Positions 19,535 through 29,294 of a stretch of DNA of 64,000 nucleotides are shown piece after piece (the first letter of the stretch is position 1; every line of letters starts with the position of its first letter). Under the pieces are notes generated by a model. It made no database searches, had not been told where the DNA came from, and was given only the letters and a program-made list of their open reading frames with translations. Location of the stretch: the NCBI GenBank assembly GCA_965223545.1, contig OZ245006.1:2496001-2560000 (forward strand). Reading direction: 5' to 3'. This stretch comes from Planctomycetota bacterium. GTDB lineage: Bacteria; Planctomycetota; UBA1135; UBA2386. The position numbers were made by a program, and so were the translations under genes.

Positions 19535-20949
19535 TGATGCCCATTCCGCCGATCGACCGACCCGAGCTCGCCGTCAGCCGACGGGCCTTTCTCGGCCGCG
19601 CATCGTTCGGCCTCGGCGCCGCCGCCCTGGCCCGCCTGCAGGGCGGCGCCAGCTCCCACGTCTTGCCACACCACCGACCGCGTGCAAAGCGGGTGATCTT
19701 CCTGTGCATGGCCGGCGGCCCTTCACAGTTCGAGACCTTCGACTACAAGCCCACCCTCGCGGCGCGCGACGGCGAGCCAATGCCGTCGTCGGTCACCGCC
19801 GGTCAACCGATCGCACAGCTGCAGGGCCAAGAGCTGCGCATCATGGGCGCGCGGGCGCGCTTCTTGCAGCACGGACAATCCGGTCAGTGGATCAGCGACC
19901 TGCTGCCATGCACCGCACGCATCGCCGACCGCCTCGCCGTGGTGCGCTCGATGACCACGACGCAGATCAACCACGACCCGGCGCACACGGTGATGAACAC
20001 CGGCACGCAGATCCCGGGCCGGCCGTCGATGGGATCCTGGATCACCTACGGGCTCGGTAGCGAGGCCGACGACCTGCCCGGCTTCGTGGTGATGAGCTCG
20101 ATCAAGGGGCGCAACCCGCAGCCGATCGCGGCGCGCCAATGGCACAGCGGTTTCTTGCCGTCGCGCTACCAGGGGGTCGAGCTGCAGACGCAAGGAGCCC
20201 CGGTCCATTACCTGGAAACGCCACCAGGCATGGATCGCGACCAGCAGCGCGACACGATCGACACCGTGGCCGCGCTCACCGCGGCGCACCCCACCCTGGG
20301 TCAAGACCGCGAAGTCCGCGCTCGCCTGGCGCAGTACGAGCTGGCATTACGCATGCAGATGAGCGTGCCGGCACTCGCCGATCTCAGCGACGAGCCGCGC
20401 CACATTCTCGACCTCTACGGCGTCGACGGGCTCGACGGCTCGTTCGCCGCGAACTGTCTCATGGCGCGGCGCCTCGTCGAGCTCGGAGTCCGCTTCGTGC
20501 ACCTGTATCACCGCGGCTGGGATCACCACGGCGGCCTCGACAAGTGGATGCCGATCTGCTGCCATGCCACCGATCGCGGCACCGCAGCACTGGTATCGGA
20601 CTTGGCGCAGCGCGGCTTGCTGGAGGACACGCTCGTGGTCTGGGGCGGTGAGTTCGGCCGCACCCCGATGGTCCAGCACAAGGACGGCGGCGCCGGCCGC
20701 GATCACCACATCCGCGGCTTCACGATGTGGCTCTGTGGCGGCGGTATCCGCGGCGGCGTCGCGCACGGCGCCACCGACGAACTCGGCTATCACGCCGTCG
20801 ACGACATCGTTTCCGTCCACGACCTCCACGCCACGATGCTGCACCTCCTGGGCATCGACCACGAACGCTTCCATGTGCGCCAACAAGGCCTCGACATGCG
20901 CCTCACCGGGGTCGAGCCGGCACGCGTCGTCCGCGCGCTGTTGGCTTGA
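19534..20949 (+). CDS. DUF1501 domain protein
   Basis: Tat-like 'SRRAFLG'; 'AKRVIFLCMAGGPSQ.ETFD.KP', 'GRPSMGSW', 'WDHH', 'GEFGRTP', 'GRDHH', 'VHDLHAT'; ATG overlaps the upstream TGA. Confidence 0.93.
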   Translation: MMPIPPIDRPELAVSRRAFLGRASFGLGAAALARLQGGASSHVLPHHRPRAKRVIFLCMAGGPSQFETFDYKPTLAARDGEPMPSSVTAGQPIAQLQGQELRIMGARARFLQHGQSGQWISDLLPCTARIADRLAVVRSMTTTQINHDPAHTVMNTGTQIPGRPSMGSWITYGLGSEADDLPGFVVMSSIKGRNPQPIAARQWHSGFLPSRYQGVELQTQGAPVHYLETPPGMDRDQQRDTIDTVAALTAAHPTLGQDREVRARLAQYELALRMQMSVPALADLSDEPRHILDLYGVDGLDGSFAANCLMARRLVELGVRFVHLYHRGWDHHGGLDKWMPICCHATDRGTAALVSDLAQRGLLEDTLVVWGGEFGRTPMVQHKDGGAGRDHHIRGFTMWLCGGGIRGGVAHGATDELGYHAVDDIVSVHDLHATMLHLLGIDHERFHVRQQGLDMRLTGVEPARVVRALLA

Positions 20950-20958
20950 ACCTTGTGG

Positions 20959-21053
20959 GTTGCGCGGTGCGTACGGAGTCAGGCTCGATTTTCTCGCTTG
21001 GCGGCAGCCGCCAAGCGAGAAAATCGAGCCTGACTCCGTACGCACCGCGCAAC
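20959..21053. repeat. Perfect 95-bp palindrome (47-bp arms, 1-nt centre) between convergent genes
   Basis: 20959-21005 is the exact reverse complement of 21007-21053; central A at 21006. Confidence 0.95.
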
Positions 21054-21084
21054 GCGAAATGGCAACCCCGCGTGCGCTCCTGGG

Positions 21085-21609
21085 TCAGGGTTGGGGGCGC
21101 AGCTCGGGGGCGTAGAGGACGAGGCCCTGCGCGGAGGCCAACGCGCCGGCTCGGAGCTCGAGCGCCATGAAGTTCGGTGGCGGGCAGTCGTACTCGCAAT
21201 GCAGGCCGAGATCGGCGGCGGGGGTGAAGCCGAACTTCGGGTAGTAGCTGGGGTGGCCGAGGACGACGACGCCGGCGGCGCCCGTCTCTCTCGCCGCGGC
21301 GAGGCCGGCCTCGACCAACTGGCTGCCGACGCCGCGGCGCTGCCATGCGGGCACGACTCCGAGGGGGGCCAGGCCCAGCAGCTGTAGATCGGCGGGCCGG
21401 GTCTCGATGGTTGCCGGCGTGAACAGCACGTGGCCAACGATCTTCGCCCCGGTGTCGGCGACCAGCGAGACCACTGCTCGACCGGCATCGCGCAGGGCAT
21501 CGACGAGGTCTGCCTCGTCCGGTCCGCCGAACGCGGCGCGGTGGACCTCGCCGATCATCGCGCGGTCGGTTGCGCGCTCCGCGCGCACGTCGAACGCCCA
21601 TTCGCTCAT
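21085..21609 (-). CDS. GNAT family N-acetyltransferase (YhbS-like)
   Basis: 'AFGG.DEA.LVDALR', 'IVGHVLF', 'LAPLGV.PAWQRRGVGSQL', 'VVVLGHPSYYPKFGF'. Confidence 0.92.
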   Translation of the reverse strand: MSEWAFDVRAERATDRAMIGEVHRAAFGGPDEADLVDALRDAGRAVVSLVADTGAKIVGHVLFTPATIETRPADLQLLGLAPLGVVPAWQRRGVGSQLVEAGLAAARETGAAGVVVLGHPSYYPKFGFTPAADLGLHCEYDCPPPNFMALELRAGALASAQGLVLYAPELRPQP

Positions 21610-21630
21610 GGGCGACGGACCCTACGGAGG

Positions 21631-22734
21631 TCAGCGGCCGATGACCAGGACCAGTGCGTTGGAGAACACCAAGAGCCCGGTCGCCGCGTCGCCGACCAGC
21701 CCCTGCGCGGCAATCGAGCCGCCGAGTAGGTTGACCGACCCCGGAATCGGCAGCGGTACCGTGCCGCCCGCGCCGGGCACCAACCCACCGAACGTGAGCA
21801 GGTCGACGAGGATCGCACAGCCGGGTGCGCCGAACGGAATGGGCACCGGGCTGGTCGTCGCCGACAGCGCGGCCACCTGCAACAGCGGGGGCGGTCCACC
21901 GGTCAGCGTCAAGGCGAACCCTGGATTGCCGAGCGTCGGGTTGCCGTTGGTGCCGGCCACGAGCGGGGTCGCGCCACTGCCGCTGCAGCCGGTGCCGAAC
22001 ACCGTGACGCTGGCGGCTGGCTCGGTGTAGGTCACCGTCAGCACCGGCGCCGCGCTCGATTCGCGAGAACCGAACGCGCGGGCGTTGCGCGTGGTCGACT
22101 CGTCACCGACCACGATCCAACCGTGGTTGCCGGCGGGTGCGTCGAGCCAGCCCTGCACGTCGGCGGCCATCGCCGCGCCGCCCCACACCACCGGGCCGCC
22201 ACTGCCGACCGCGACCGATCCACTGATCGCGGCGGCAAAGTCGCCCCCCGCCGCCGACCAGCTCTGGGAGGGGAAGAAGCGGTGCAGCCACGTCGCATCG
22301 TTGGACGCTGCCGCGGTGCCGGTGCCGCCGCCGGATCCCGGGCCGGCACCTCCGCCGGCCACCGACGCCCCCTCCCCCCAGCTCGCGCTCAATCGATGCG
22401 CGTTCATCGTGGTCGACGGTGCCAACGGCGGTGCCTGGACGATCGTCATCTGCAGCGACGCGGCAGTGACGGTCGAACCCCGCGGGATGCCACCCAGGTC
22501 GAACCGCAGCACGGCTCGACGCGCCAGCGGGTTCATCGACGCGTCCACCCCGGCAAAGATCCGCGTCCCCGACCCGTTGCTGAGCGCGCCGCTCGGGTCT
22601 TCGTACAACGTGTTGTCGGCGACGGGAGACAGATTCACCGTCACCTGCGCCGTGGCCGCCACCGTCGTGGCGCCGAAGGTGGCGAAGGCCACACCGAGGA
22701 GACGAGGGAAGCGGGCGCGGGGGTCGTAGTGCAC
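21631..22734 (-). CDS. Secreted DNRLRE-like domain protein with shared C-terminal domain
   Basis: GGAGG RBS 6 nt before GTG 22734; signal peptide ending ATA-Q; 'ADNTLYE', 'RRAVLRFDL..IP.GSTV', 'WGEG', 'W...GGDF', 'DVQGWL..P..NHGW', 'F.SRE....P.LTVTY'. Confidence 0.8.
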   Translation of the reverse strand: MHYDPRARFPRLLGVAFATFGATTVAATAQVTVNLSPVADNTLYEDPSGALSNGSGTRIFAGVDASMNPLARRAVLRFDLGGIPRGSTVTAASLQMTIVQAPPLAPSTTMNAHRLSASWGEGASVAGGGAGPGSGGGTGTAAASNDATWLHRFFPSQSWSAAGGDFAAAISGSVAVGSGGPVVWGGAAMAADVQGWLDAPAGNHGWIVVGDESTTRNARAFGSRESSAAPVLTVTYTEPAASVTVFGTGCSGSGATPLVAGTNGNPTLGNPGFALTLTGGPPPLLQVAALSATTSPVPIPFGAPGCAILVDLLTFGGLVPGAGGTVPLPIPGSVNLLGGSIAAQGLVGDAATGLLVFSNALVLVIGR

Positions 22735-22888
22735 AGATGTCCTCCAATAGGTGTGCGGAACCGGGGCGCCGCGCTTCGCTGCAAGTCCGGTACCCCTCGA
22801 CTTCCCAAGCGCCCGCTGCCTCGCGGCGTTCACCATGGGCACAGAGCCCGTTCGCATTGTGAACGCGCGCCGCCGCCCCCCAACCGCC

Positions 22889-24523
22889 TCAGCCGGCGGT
22901 CGATCCGATGGCCATGCGCAGCACTTCGGCGAGGTGCTCGGGAGAAAACGGCTTGTGCACGAAGCCGTCGACGTCCAAGTCGGCGAGCTGGCCCAAGACA
23001 TCCTCCGCCCCATACCCGCTCATCAACACGACGGGCAGATCGCTCCGGATGCGGCGCAGCGCACGGCATGTGTCGGCGCCGTTCAATCCCGGCATGGTCA
23101 GGTCGACCAGCGCGGCCGAGAACCGCGCGGGCCTCTCGCGCAACAACGAGAGCGCCTGCTCACCGTCACGAACCACCACCGCGCCAAAGCCCGCGCCGCG
23201 CAATACACGCTCGGTCAAGCGACGCACCGACCCTTCGTCATCGACAACCAAGACATCCGCACCCTCCACGAGGCTGGGCCGCCGCGCTGCCGATCCCGCC
23301 TGCGGAGCCGCCGCGACCGTGGTCGCCGGCAGCAAGACCTCGAATCGACTTCCCTCTCCCTCACGCGTCTGCACGTCGATGCCACCACCGTGGCCACGGA
23401 CGATGCCGAGCACGGCGGCCAACCCGAGCCCCCGGCCGTCCAGCTTGGTCGAAAAGAACGGGTCGAAGAGGTGCTGTTCGGTTTCGACGTCCATTCCGCA
23501 GCCGTCGTCCTCGACGACAATCGACAAGTACTGCCCAGTCGGCAGCTCGTCGCTCGCGCCGGCGGCGATCAGCCGGTGGCCGTCCACTGACCGCCGTCGG
23601 GTCGACAGCCGCACGACACCGGGCGCATCGGCGAGCGCCTCGCCAGCGTTGGTGACGAGGTTCATCACGACCTGCGACAGCTGACTGGCGTCTGCCTCCA
23701 CAGCCGGCGCGTCCTCGCCGAGATCGAGCTCGAGGCGAGCCGAACGTCCCACGGAAGCTTCGAGCAAGCTGGCCAGCCCGCCGATCAGCCGATTGACGGA
23801 AACCACCTCCACGGTGAATCGACCCTTGCCAGCGTACGCCAGCATTTGCGTGCACAAAGCAGCGGCGTGTTTGGCGGCACTGATCACATCGTCGAGAGAC
23901 TGGCCCTGCGCGGCATCCGTCACCTCGGCGCGCAACAGCTCCGCGTTGCCGAGGATCGTCGTCAAGTAGTTGTTGAAGTCGTGGGCGATGCCCCCGGCCA
24001 TGACACCCAAGCTCTCCAGCTTTTGGGTGTGCAGCACCTGCGCCTCGAGACGCTCGCTCTCGAGCTCGGCCCGCCGGCGTGCACTGACGTCGATGACGTA
24101 GCCGAGGTAGTGCGTGGCGGCACCGGATGAATCACGCAGGATCGTGGTGAAATCGTCGAGCCAAACCGTGCTCCCGTCGCGGTGCCGCACTCGATACGGC
24201 AGGTGCGCAAACCGCTCTGCACCACCATCCGTGGCGGCTTGCACTTCGGCGACCACTCGGTCGAGATCCGGCGGCTCGATCAGCTCCGCGTAGACCACGG
24301 AGCCTTCGAGGAACTCACGCGGAGAATAACCGAACACGCTGGCCGCGTTGGGCGAGACGTACTCGACCGGCCACCCGGGCGCGTTGCGCCATTTGAAGAC
24401 CACGACCGGCCCGCTCAGGAAGATCTGCCGCTCCTGCAGCAACGGGGCAGTGCCCGTGAATTCATCGTCGCCGACCGCCTCGGGCTGCCACGACTGCGAG
24501 TTCCTGGGATCGCTGGCGCTCAT
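22889..24523 (-). CDS. PAS-domain hybrid sensor histidine kinase/response regulator (CckA-like)
   Basis: PAS 'WPVEYVSPN...GY...WLDDFT'; H-box 'AGGIAHDFNN', N-box 'QVVMNLVTNA', 'DDGCGM', 'FDPFFSTK', 'GRGLGL'; receiver 'VLVVDDE...DLTMPG...KPF'. Start uncertain. Confidence 0.92.
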   Translation of the reverse strand: MSASDPRNSQSWQPEAVGDDEFTGTAPLLQERQIFLSGPVVVFKWRNAPGWPVEYVSPNAASVFGYSPREFLEGSVVYAELIEPPDLDRVVAEVQAATDGGAERFAHLPYRVRHRDGSTVWLDDFTTILRDSSGAATHYLGYVIDVSARRRAELESERLEAQVLHTQKLESLGVMAGGIAHDFNNYLTTILGNAELLRAEVTDAAQGQSLDDVISAAKHAAALCTQMLAYAGKGRFTVEVVSVNRLIGGLASLLEASVGRSARLELDLGEDAPAVEADASQLSQVVMNLVTNAGEALADAPGVVRLSTRRRSVDGHRLIAAGASDELPTGQYLSIVVEDDGCGMDVETEQHLFDPFFSTKLDGRGLGLAAVLGIVRGHGGGIDVQTREGEGSRFEVLLPATTVAAAPQAGSAARRPSLVEGADVLVVDDEGSVRRLTERVLRGAGFGAVVVRDGEQALSLLRERPARFSAALVDLTMPGLNGADTCRALRRIRSDLPVVLMSGYGAEDVLGQLADLDVDGFVHKPFSPEHLAEVLRMAIGSTAG

Positions 24524-24638
24524 CTCTTGGCCCGACAACATCATCGCCGATCGCAGCTTCGTTTGCAGGCACGAGACTGCGCAGACCGGCATCCCGATCA
24601 CGCGGTGTTCGACGCAGCGCAAAGCCCTGGCCGCACGC

Positions 24639-26048
24639 CTACGGCTGGCGCACCTCCCAGCCGGCGAAGCCTCCGGCCTTGACCGGGGTCAACCGATAGC
24701 GCTGCTCGAGGTGCTCTGCGAACCAGCGCAGACCCGCACCCTGGGCCGCGGCTTGCTCGTCGTGCAGGACCTCGAATGCGTCTTGCGTCATCAGCAGCGT
24801 TCCACCCCGCGCGCGCAAGCGCTCGGCAGCCGCGTCGAACGCCGCAAGCCCACTGCTGCGGTCGGACATCATCGCCACGTCCGGCAAGAAGAAGTACGGG
24901 GTGTCGGGCAGCGCGACGAAGCGCGCTTCGATGTCGTCGAGCCCGCCGATGAGCAACAGCACCGGTCCGTCCCCAGCCACCTCTCGCACCCCGGCGGCAA
25001 AGGCAGCGGGGCGCTCCGGTGCGTCGTGCTGCGCGACGAAGAGGACGCCCGCCAGCAGGCTCAGCGCGAGCACGCACGCCAACAATCGCTCCGACCAAGA
25101 CCGCGCCATCCGCCACGCCGCCGGCCAAGCCAGCGGCAGAAGATAGGCACCCCACTCCGGATGGCTTCCGAGCATGCAATAGGTCGCGGCGCAGTATGCG
25201 ACGACGGCCAAGACGAACCACCCGGCCGCGCGCCAGCGGACCGCCACGGCAACGACCGACAGCGGAAAGAACGGCACGAGCCACTCACGCCACAGGGTTC
25301 CCGCGGCCGCGCCGGGGTCGGCCAAGGCCCAACCGAGGTGCAGCTGAACGAACTCGAGGGTGTGCGGCCCCGGCGGCCCCGTGTAGAACGCCTGGTACCA
25401 CAGGCGCAACACAATCGTGAACCCCGCGTGCAGCCCCGAGAGCGCGAGCACGATCGGCCACCCACAGCGGGAGCCTTCGAGCAGAAACGGGACCAGCGCC
25501 ACCGGCAACAGGACCGCCGAGGCGTGAAAGAAACTCGACGTCGAGGTCGCGAGTGCTAGCGCGATCAGAATCGGCCATCGCGGCCGGCGGGCAAACCACG
25601 CCGCCGCCAGCCAAACGCCCCCGATACAACCGAGGAAGGGGCCCGCCACCTCGACCATCGTGGCATAGAACAAGACGGCTGGGGTGAAGCTCACCAGCAA
25701 CGCCGCGGCGATCGCCGGCCGGCGCGGCACGCCCGCGAGCCCAAAGGCGACGCAGCTCGCGCCGGCGCCGGCGGCCGCTCCGAGCTGGGAGCAGAGCCGA
25801 AACGACTCGAAGTGGCTCAGGCCGAGCGCCTGCCCCAGAGCGCGAACCCCCTGCGCGACATACAGGTACGCCGGGTGGTTGCGATGATCGTAGGCGCCGT
25901 CCTCGCTGCGCAACAGGAACACGTAGCCATCGCCGTATACCGATCGTTGGCCCAGAAGCAGGTACGCCACGAAAGCGATCGCGGCCACCGCGATCGCGTC
26001 ACTGACGAGCCCGGGTGCCGTTGGCCAGCGACGCTCGATCGACATCAT
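24639..26048 (-). CDS. Polytopic membrane protein (possibly GT-C-type glycosyltransferase-like)
   Basis: About 10 hydrophobic segments, first loop 'YGDG...HRNHPAY', soluble C-terminus; ATGA overlap with the upstream gene at 26045-26048. Function is a guess. Confidence 0.6.
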   Translation of the reverse strand: MMSIERRWPTAPGLVSDAIAVAAIAFVAYLLLGQRSVYGDGYVFLLRSEDGAYDHRNHPAYLYVAQGVRALGQALGLSHFESFRLCSQLGAAAGAGASCVAFGLAGVPRRPAIAAALLVSFTPAVLFYATMVEVAGPFLGCIGGVWLAAAWFARRPRWPILIALALATSTSSFFHASAVLLPVALVPFLLEGSRCGWPIVLALSGLHAGFTIVLRLWYQAFYTGPPGPHTLEFVQLHLGWALADPGAAAGTLWREWLVPFFPLSVVAVAVRWRAAGWFVLAVVAYCAATYCMLGSHPEWGAYLLPLAWPAAWRMARSWSERLLACVLALSLLAGVLFVAQHDAPERPAAFAAGVREVAGDGPVLLLIGGLDDIEARFVALPDTPYFFLPDVAMMSDRSSGLAAFDAAAERLRARGGTLLMTQDAFEVLHDEQAAAQGAGLRWFAEHLEQRYRLTPVKAGGFAGWEVRQP

Positions 26049-27154
26049 TGCCGGCGCCGATGCTCCCCGGGTGACGCCTTCTCCCGTGACGGCAGACACT
26101 TCTGCAACACCGGTACGAACGCCGCCGCGTGCCGCGCGAAGCCGATGTCATTGGGGTGCGATCCATCGACCGTGGCCTCACCATCGTCGCCGAGCAACGC
26201 TGCAGCCGCCACCACGTGGACGCCGGTGACCCCCTCGGCGCGCAACCGCTCGACCACTTCGTCGAAAGCCGCGTGGTTGGCATCATTGCGCCGGCGCCGA
26301 CCTTCCCGCAACCAGGCGTCGTCGAACACGCGATCCTGCACGAGCACGATCGGCGTTCTCGGCCGTGCAGTCCGCAACGCGCGCACCAGGGGACCGAGCC
26401 GCGCGCGCACCTGAGCGTCATCGACATTGGGCAGGCAGTCGATGACGTAGGCCGCGGCCTCGATCTCGGCCAACAAGACGCCGATCTCCGGCTCCAAGCG
26501 ACCGTTGCCCGAGAATCCGAGGTTGACCGTGGGCCAGTCGAAGTGGCGCCCCACTCGGGCGACATGGGCCAAGCCCGGACGCGATGCGCAGGCACCCTGG
26601 GTGATCGACGTGCCGTAGAACACGATCGGCGCCCGCTCGCGACGTGGCGCCGCAACCAGCTCGTAGGCGGCCGGCACCGCCAGCTCCAGCTGTTCGACGC
26701 CGTTGTAGAGCGGTAAGTAGAGCGCGAACTCACGGAGAGCATCGGCCTCACCGAGGCCGTCGACCAAGACCACATCCACTGCGCGCGTCTCCGGGCGCAC
26801 CACCGCGAGCCACCGCCATCCGCGATCACCGGCCCGCGCGTAGAGGTCCAGCCCACTGACGCCAGTCGCCGGCATGTGGGACATCGCCAACGCCGACCGG
26901 CGCAGACGGTAGCGGACCCGAACCTGCGGCGACCGGGTGCGGAAGCGCACCACCAGTCCGGAGCTGTCGCGGGACAGCTGCCACACCGGCGGCCGCACAC
27001 TCTCTTCCGCTCGGGCCGGCAACCGATCGTACGGCGCAGCGAGTTCATCCCTCCGCCACCCCTGTCCTTCGACGGTCAGTTCGGTCGCCGCCACCCAGCG
27101 GAGGTCGGAGACGTCCTGCGGAACGGCCATCAGCAGAGCGAGCGCACACCACAT
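26045..27154 (-). CDS. SGNH/GDSL hydrolase with N-terminal GxDLY domain
   Basis: 'HMPATGVSGLDLY', 'LYLPLYN', 'VFYGTSITQG', 'NLGFSGNG', 'DCLPN', 'DGSHPND.G'; CATGCT 6 nt before ATG 27154. Confidence 0.9.
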   Translation of the reverse strand: MWCALALLMAVPQDVSDLRWVAATELTVEGQGWRRDELAAPYDRLPARAEESVRPPVWQLSRDSSGLVVRFRTRSPQVRVRYRLRRSALAMSHMPATGVSGLDLYARAGDRGWRWLAVVRPETRAVDVVLVDGLGEADALREFALYLPLYNGVEQLELAVPAAYELVAAPRRERAPIVFYGTSITQGACASRPGLAHVARVGRHFDWPTVNLGFSGNGRLEPEIGVLLAEIEAAAYVIDCLPNVDDAQVRARLGPLVRALRTARPRTPIVLVQDRVFDDAWLREGRRRRNDANHAAFDEVVERLRAEGVTGVHVVAAAALLGDDGEATVDGSHPNDIGFARHAAAFVPVLQKCLPSREKASPGEHRRRQ

Positions 27155-27299
27155 GCCGACAGCATGGCGGATCGCGACAACCGAGACGAGCCGGCCGGAC
27201 CCGCGAAAAAGTGTCGCGGCACAAATCTCTTGACCGCAACCAATCCCAATCGACGTTCGTGTTCGAGAGTTCAACCCAAGACATCCCTTCCCGGCTCCC

Positions 27300-29294
27300 G
27301 TGCTCCGAATCGCTCCCGGCCTCTTCGTCTCCGTTTCCCTCCTCGCCAGCTGCACGACTCTGTCGAGCGGTATGGCGTACACGATGGTGCGCGCCGATCG
27401 CAGCGCGACGCTCGCACCGCTCCACGAGCAACTGCCTGCACGGCAGAACGACTCGCTCGGTGACATGCCGACGAGCCACCTGGAGATCGTGCTCAAGGGC
27501 GGCTTCTTGAAGTACCTGGAAGCGGTCGAGCGCCCCGAGGTGGCGATCTTCGCGCGCGCCAGCGTGCGCGATCCCCAGATGCCGGAGGAGCGCCTGGTCT
27601 GGGAGAAGATCTACCTCGCCAGCGAGAACCCCGACGAGCAGATCGTCATCAACAAGGCGACGTTCTTGCCACGGATCAACATCCCGTTGCTCCCGGGGAT
27701 CGTCTTCGACGACCAGGAGATCTACGTTTCGCTGCGCATCATCGAGCTCGACCAGGACGACAACGAGCGGGTCAAACGGCTCGTCAACACCGCCGCCGGG
27801 GCCGTGGCGGCGTTCAAGCCAGAGGCCGCTGTGGCGGCCTCGGCGTTCCAAACCGCTTTGGCGTTCGTCACCGCGGCCAACTCCGACGACATCGAGTTCC
27901 AGTTCGACTTCGGCTTGATCCCCAACGAGGGCAGCATCCAGCTGGTCGACTGCGACGCCGACGGGGCGCGGCTCGACCTCGTCCTGCAGCCCCGCCTCGG
28001 TGACTACGTGGTGCTGAAGACCGAGCACCGGCAACGTATGCATCTACCGAACAGTCACCTCGGCGTGGCGTTGGAGAGCGTGCAATGGCTGCTCGGCACG
28101 GTGATCAAGCTGGCCACGTTCAACATCGCGAACTGGCGTTGGTGGGAAGACTTCGGCGCCGACCGCGACGACGACTTCTACATGCAGATCGTCGGTCGCC
28201 CCTTCGAAATCCCGTTCGAGGGCTGGCAGCTGCCGGAGATCTCCGCTGGCCGACTGTCGATCCCTGAGAACGGCGGCCGGCTCTATCTGCGCGGCGATCG
28301 GCTCGAGTACCGCGACGGCGGCGTCTCGCGCACGTTCGTCGACCAGTCGTACCTCGTGCTGTCACTGATCGAACCGCGCGAAGGTGTCGACCTCGACGTC
28401 CTGCGCGCCGCCAACGAGGCCAAGGAATCCATCAACACGGTCCTGCGCACCGGTCAGATCCAGGCCGACGAGATCGAGGCGCTGGCCGAGCAGGCGATCG
28501 ACCGCATCGTGGCCGCGCACGACGGCGGCGCCGTGCGCGATCAGCTCGACGCGGCCCTGGACGCAGCCACGACTCCGGCACAGATCCAGGCCGCCTACGA
28601 CGCCAGTGTGCAGCGGGTCGACCAGCTGGAGGTGACCGACCGTGCCAAGCACGAGCTGCGCCAGATGCTGCGGCGCCGCGCCGCGCGCCGGCACCGCGAC
28701 CTCGGCGGTGACGGAGACGTACTGGGACCTCGACTGGCGACGACGGTCGTGTTCGGCACTGCCACCGGCGCGACTCTGACTGCCGAGCTGCAAGTCCTGC
28801 ATCCCGTCGGCGCTTCGGTGACGGTGCGGGATGCCGCCGAGGGCACGGTTTCAACCACCTCGGTGGGGCCGCTGGCGTTCACCACGGTCCGCCAGCAGCT
28901 GCCGACGAACACCGACACCGCACACCGGCCGCTGCAGGGCGAGTTGGTCGTCGAGCTCGATGATGTCCTCCATCGACTCGGCTACTGGGTGCTGCCCCCT
29001 GCGCTGGATGCAACGCTGGAGGCGGGGACGCCGGGCCAGCTGAACCCGACCACCTCACTGGCGTCGATCCCGGCGGGCGCGACCTTGCGTTTCAGCATCG
29101 CGGATGCCGTCGACGGGCAATCGCCCTTCGCCTCCGCTGGCGGGTTGACGATCGATGGCAACGAGCTCGCATCGACAATCGACGATCAAGGCAGACTGCT
29201 GGCGGAGATGCCGAATCCCGCCATCGACGGCGAGATCCGCATGAGCGGCCCACGGGGCGGGTTCACGCTGCGCATCGGAGGACAAGCGCCATGA
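27300..29294 (+). CDS. Hypothetical lipoprotein
   Basis: Lipobox 'LLASC'; coding-like composition; ATGA overlap with the next gene; no family recognised. Confidence 0.7.
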   Translation: MLRIAPGLFVSVSLLASCTTLSSGMAYTMVRADRSATLAPLHEQLPARQNDSLGDMPTSHLEIVLKGGFLKYLEAVERPEVAIFARASVRDPQMPEERLVWEKIYLASENPDEQIVINKATFLPRINIPLLPGIVFDDQEIYVSLRIIELDQDDNERVKRLVNTAAGAVAAFKPEAAVAASAFQTALAFVTAANSDDIEFQFDFGLIPNEGSIQLVDCDADGARLDLVLQPRLGDYVVLKTEHRQRMHLPNSHLGVALESVQWLLGTVIKLATFNIANWRWWEDFGADRDDDFYMQIVGRPFEIPFEGWQLPEISAGRLSIPENGGRLYLRGDRLEYRDGGVSRTFVDQSYLVLSLIEPREGVDLDVLRAANEAKESINTVLRTGQIQADEIEALAEQAIDRIVAAHDGGAVRDQLDAALDAATTPAQIQAAYDASVQRVDQLEVTDRAKHELRQMLRRRAARRHRDLGGDGDVLGPRLATTVVFGTATGATLTAELQVLHPVGASVTVRDAAEGTVSTTSVGPLAFTTVRQQLPTNTDTAHRPLQGELVVELDDVLHRLGYWVLPPALDATLEAGTPGQLNPTTSLASIPAGATLRFSIADAVDGQSPFASAGGLTIDGNELASTIDDQGRLLAEMPNPAIDGEIRMSGPRGGFTLRIGGQAP

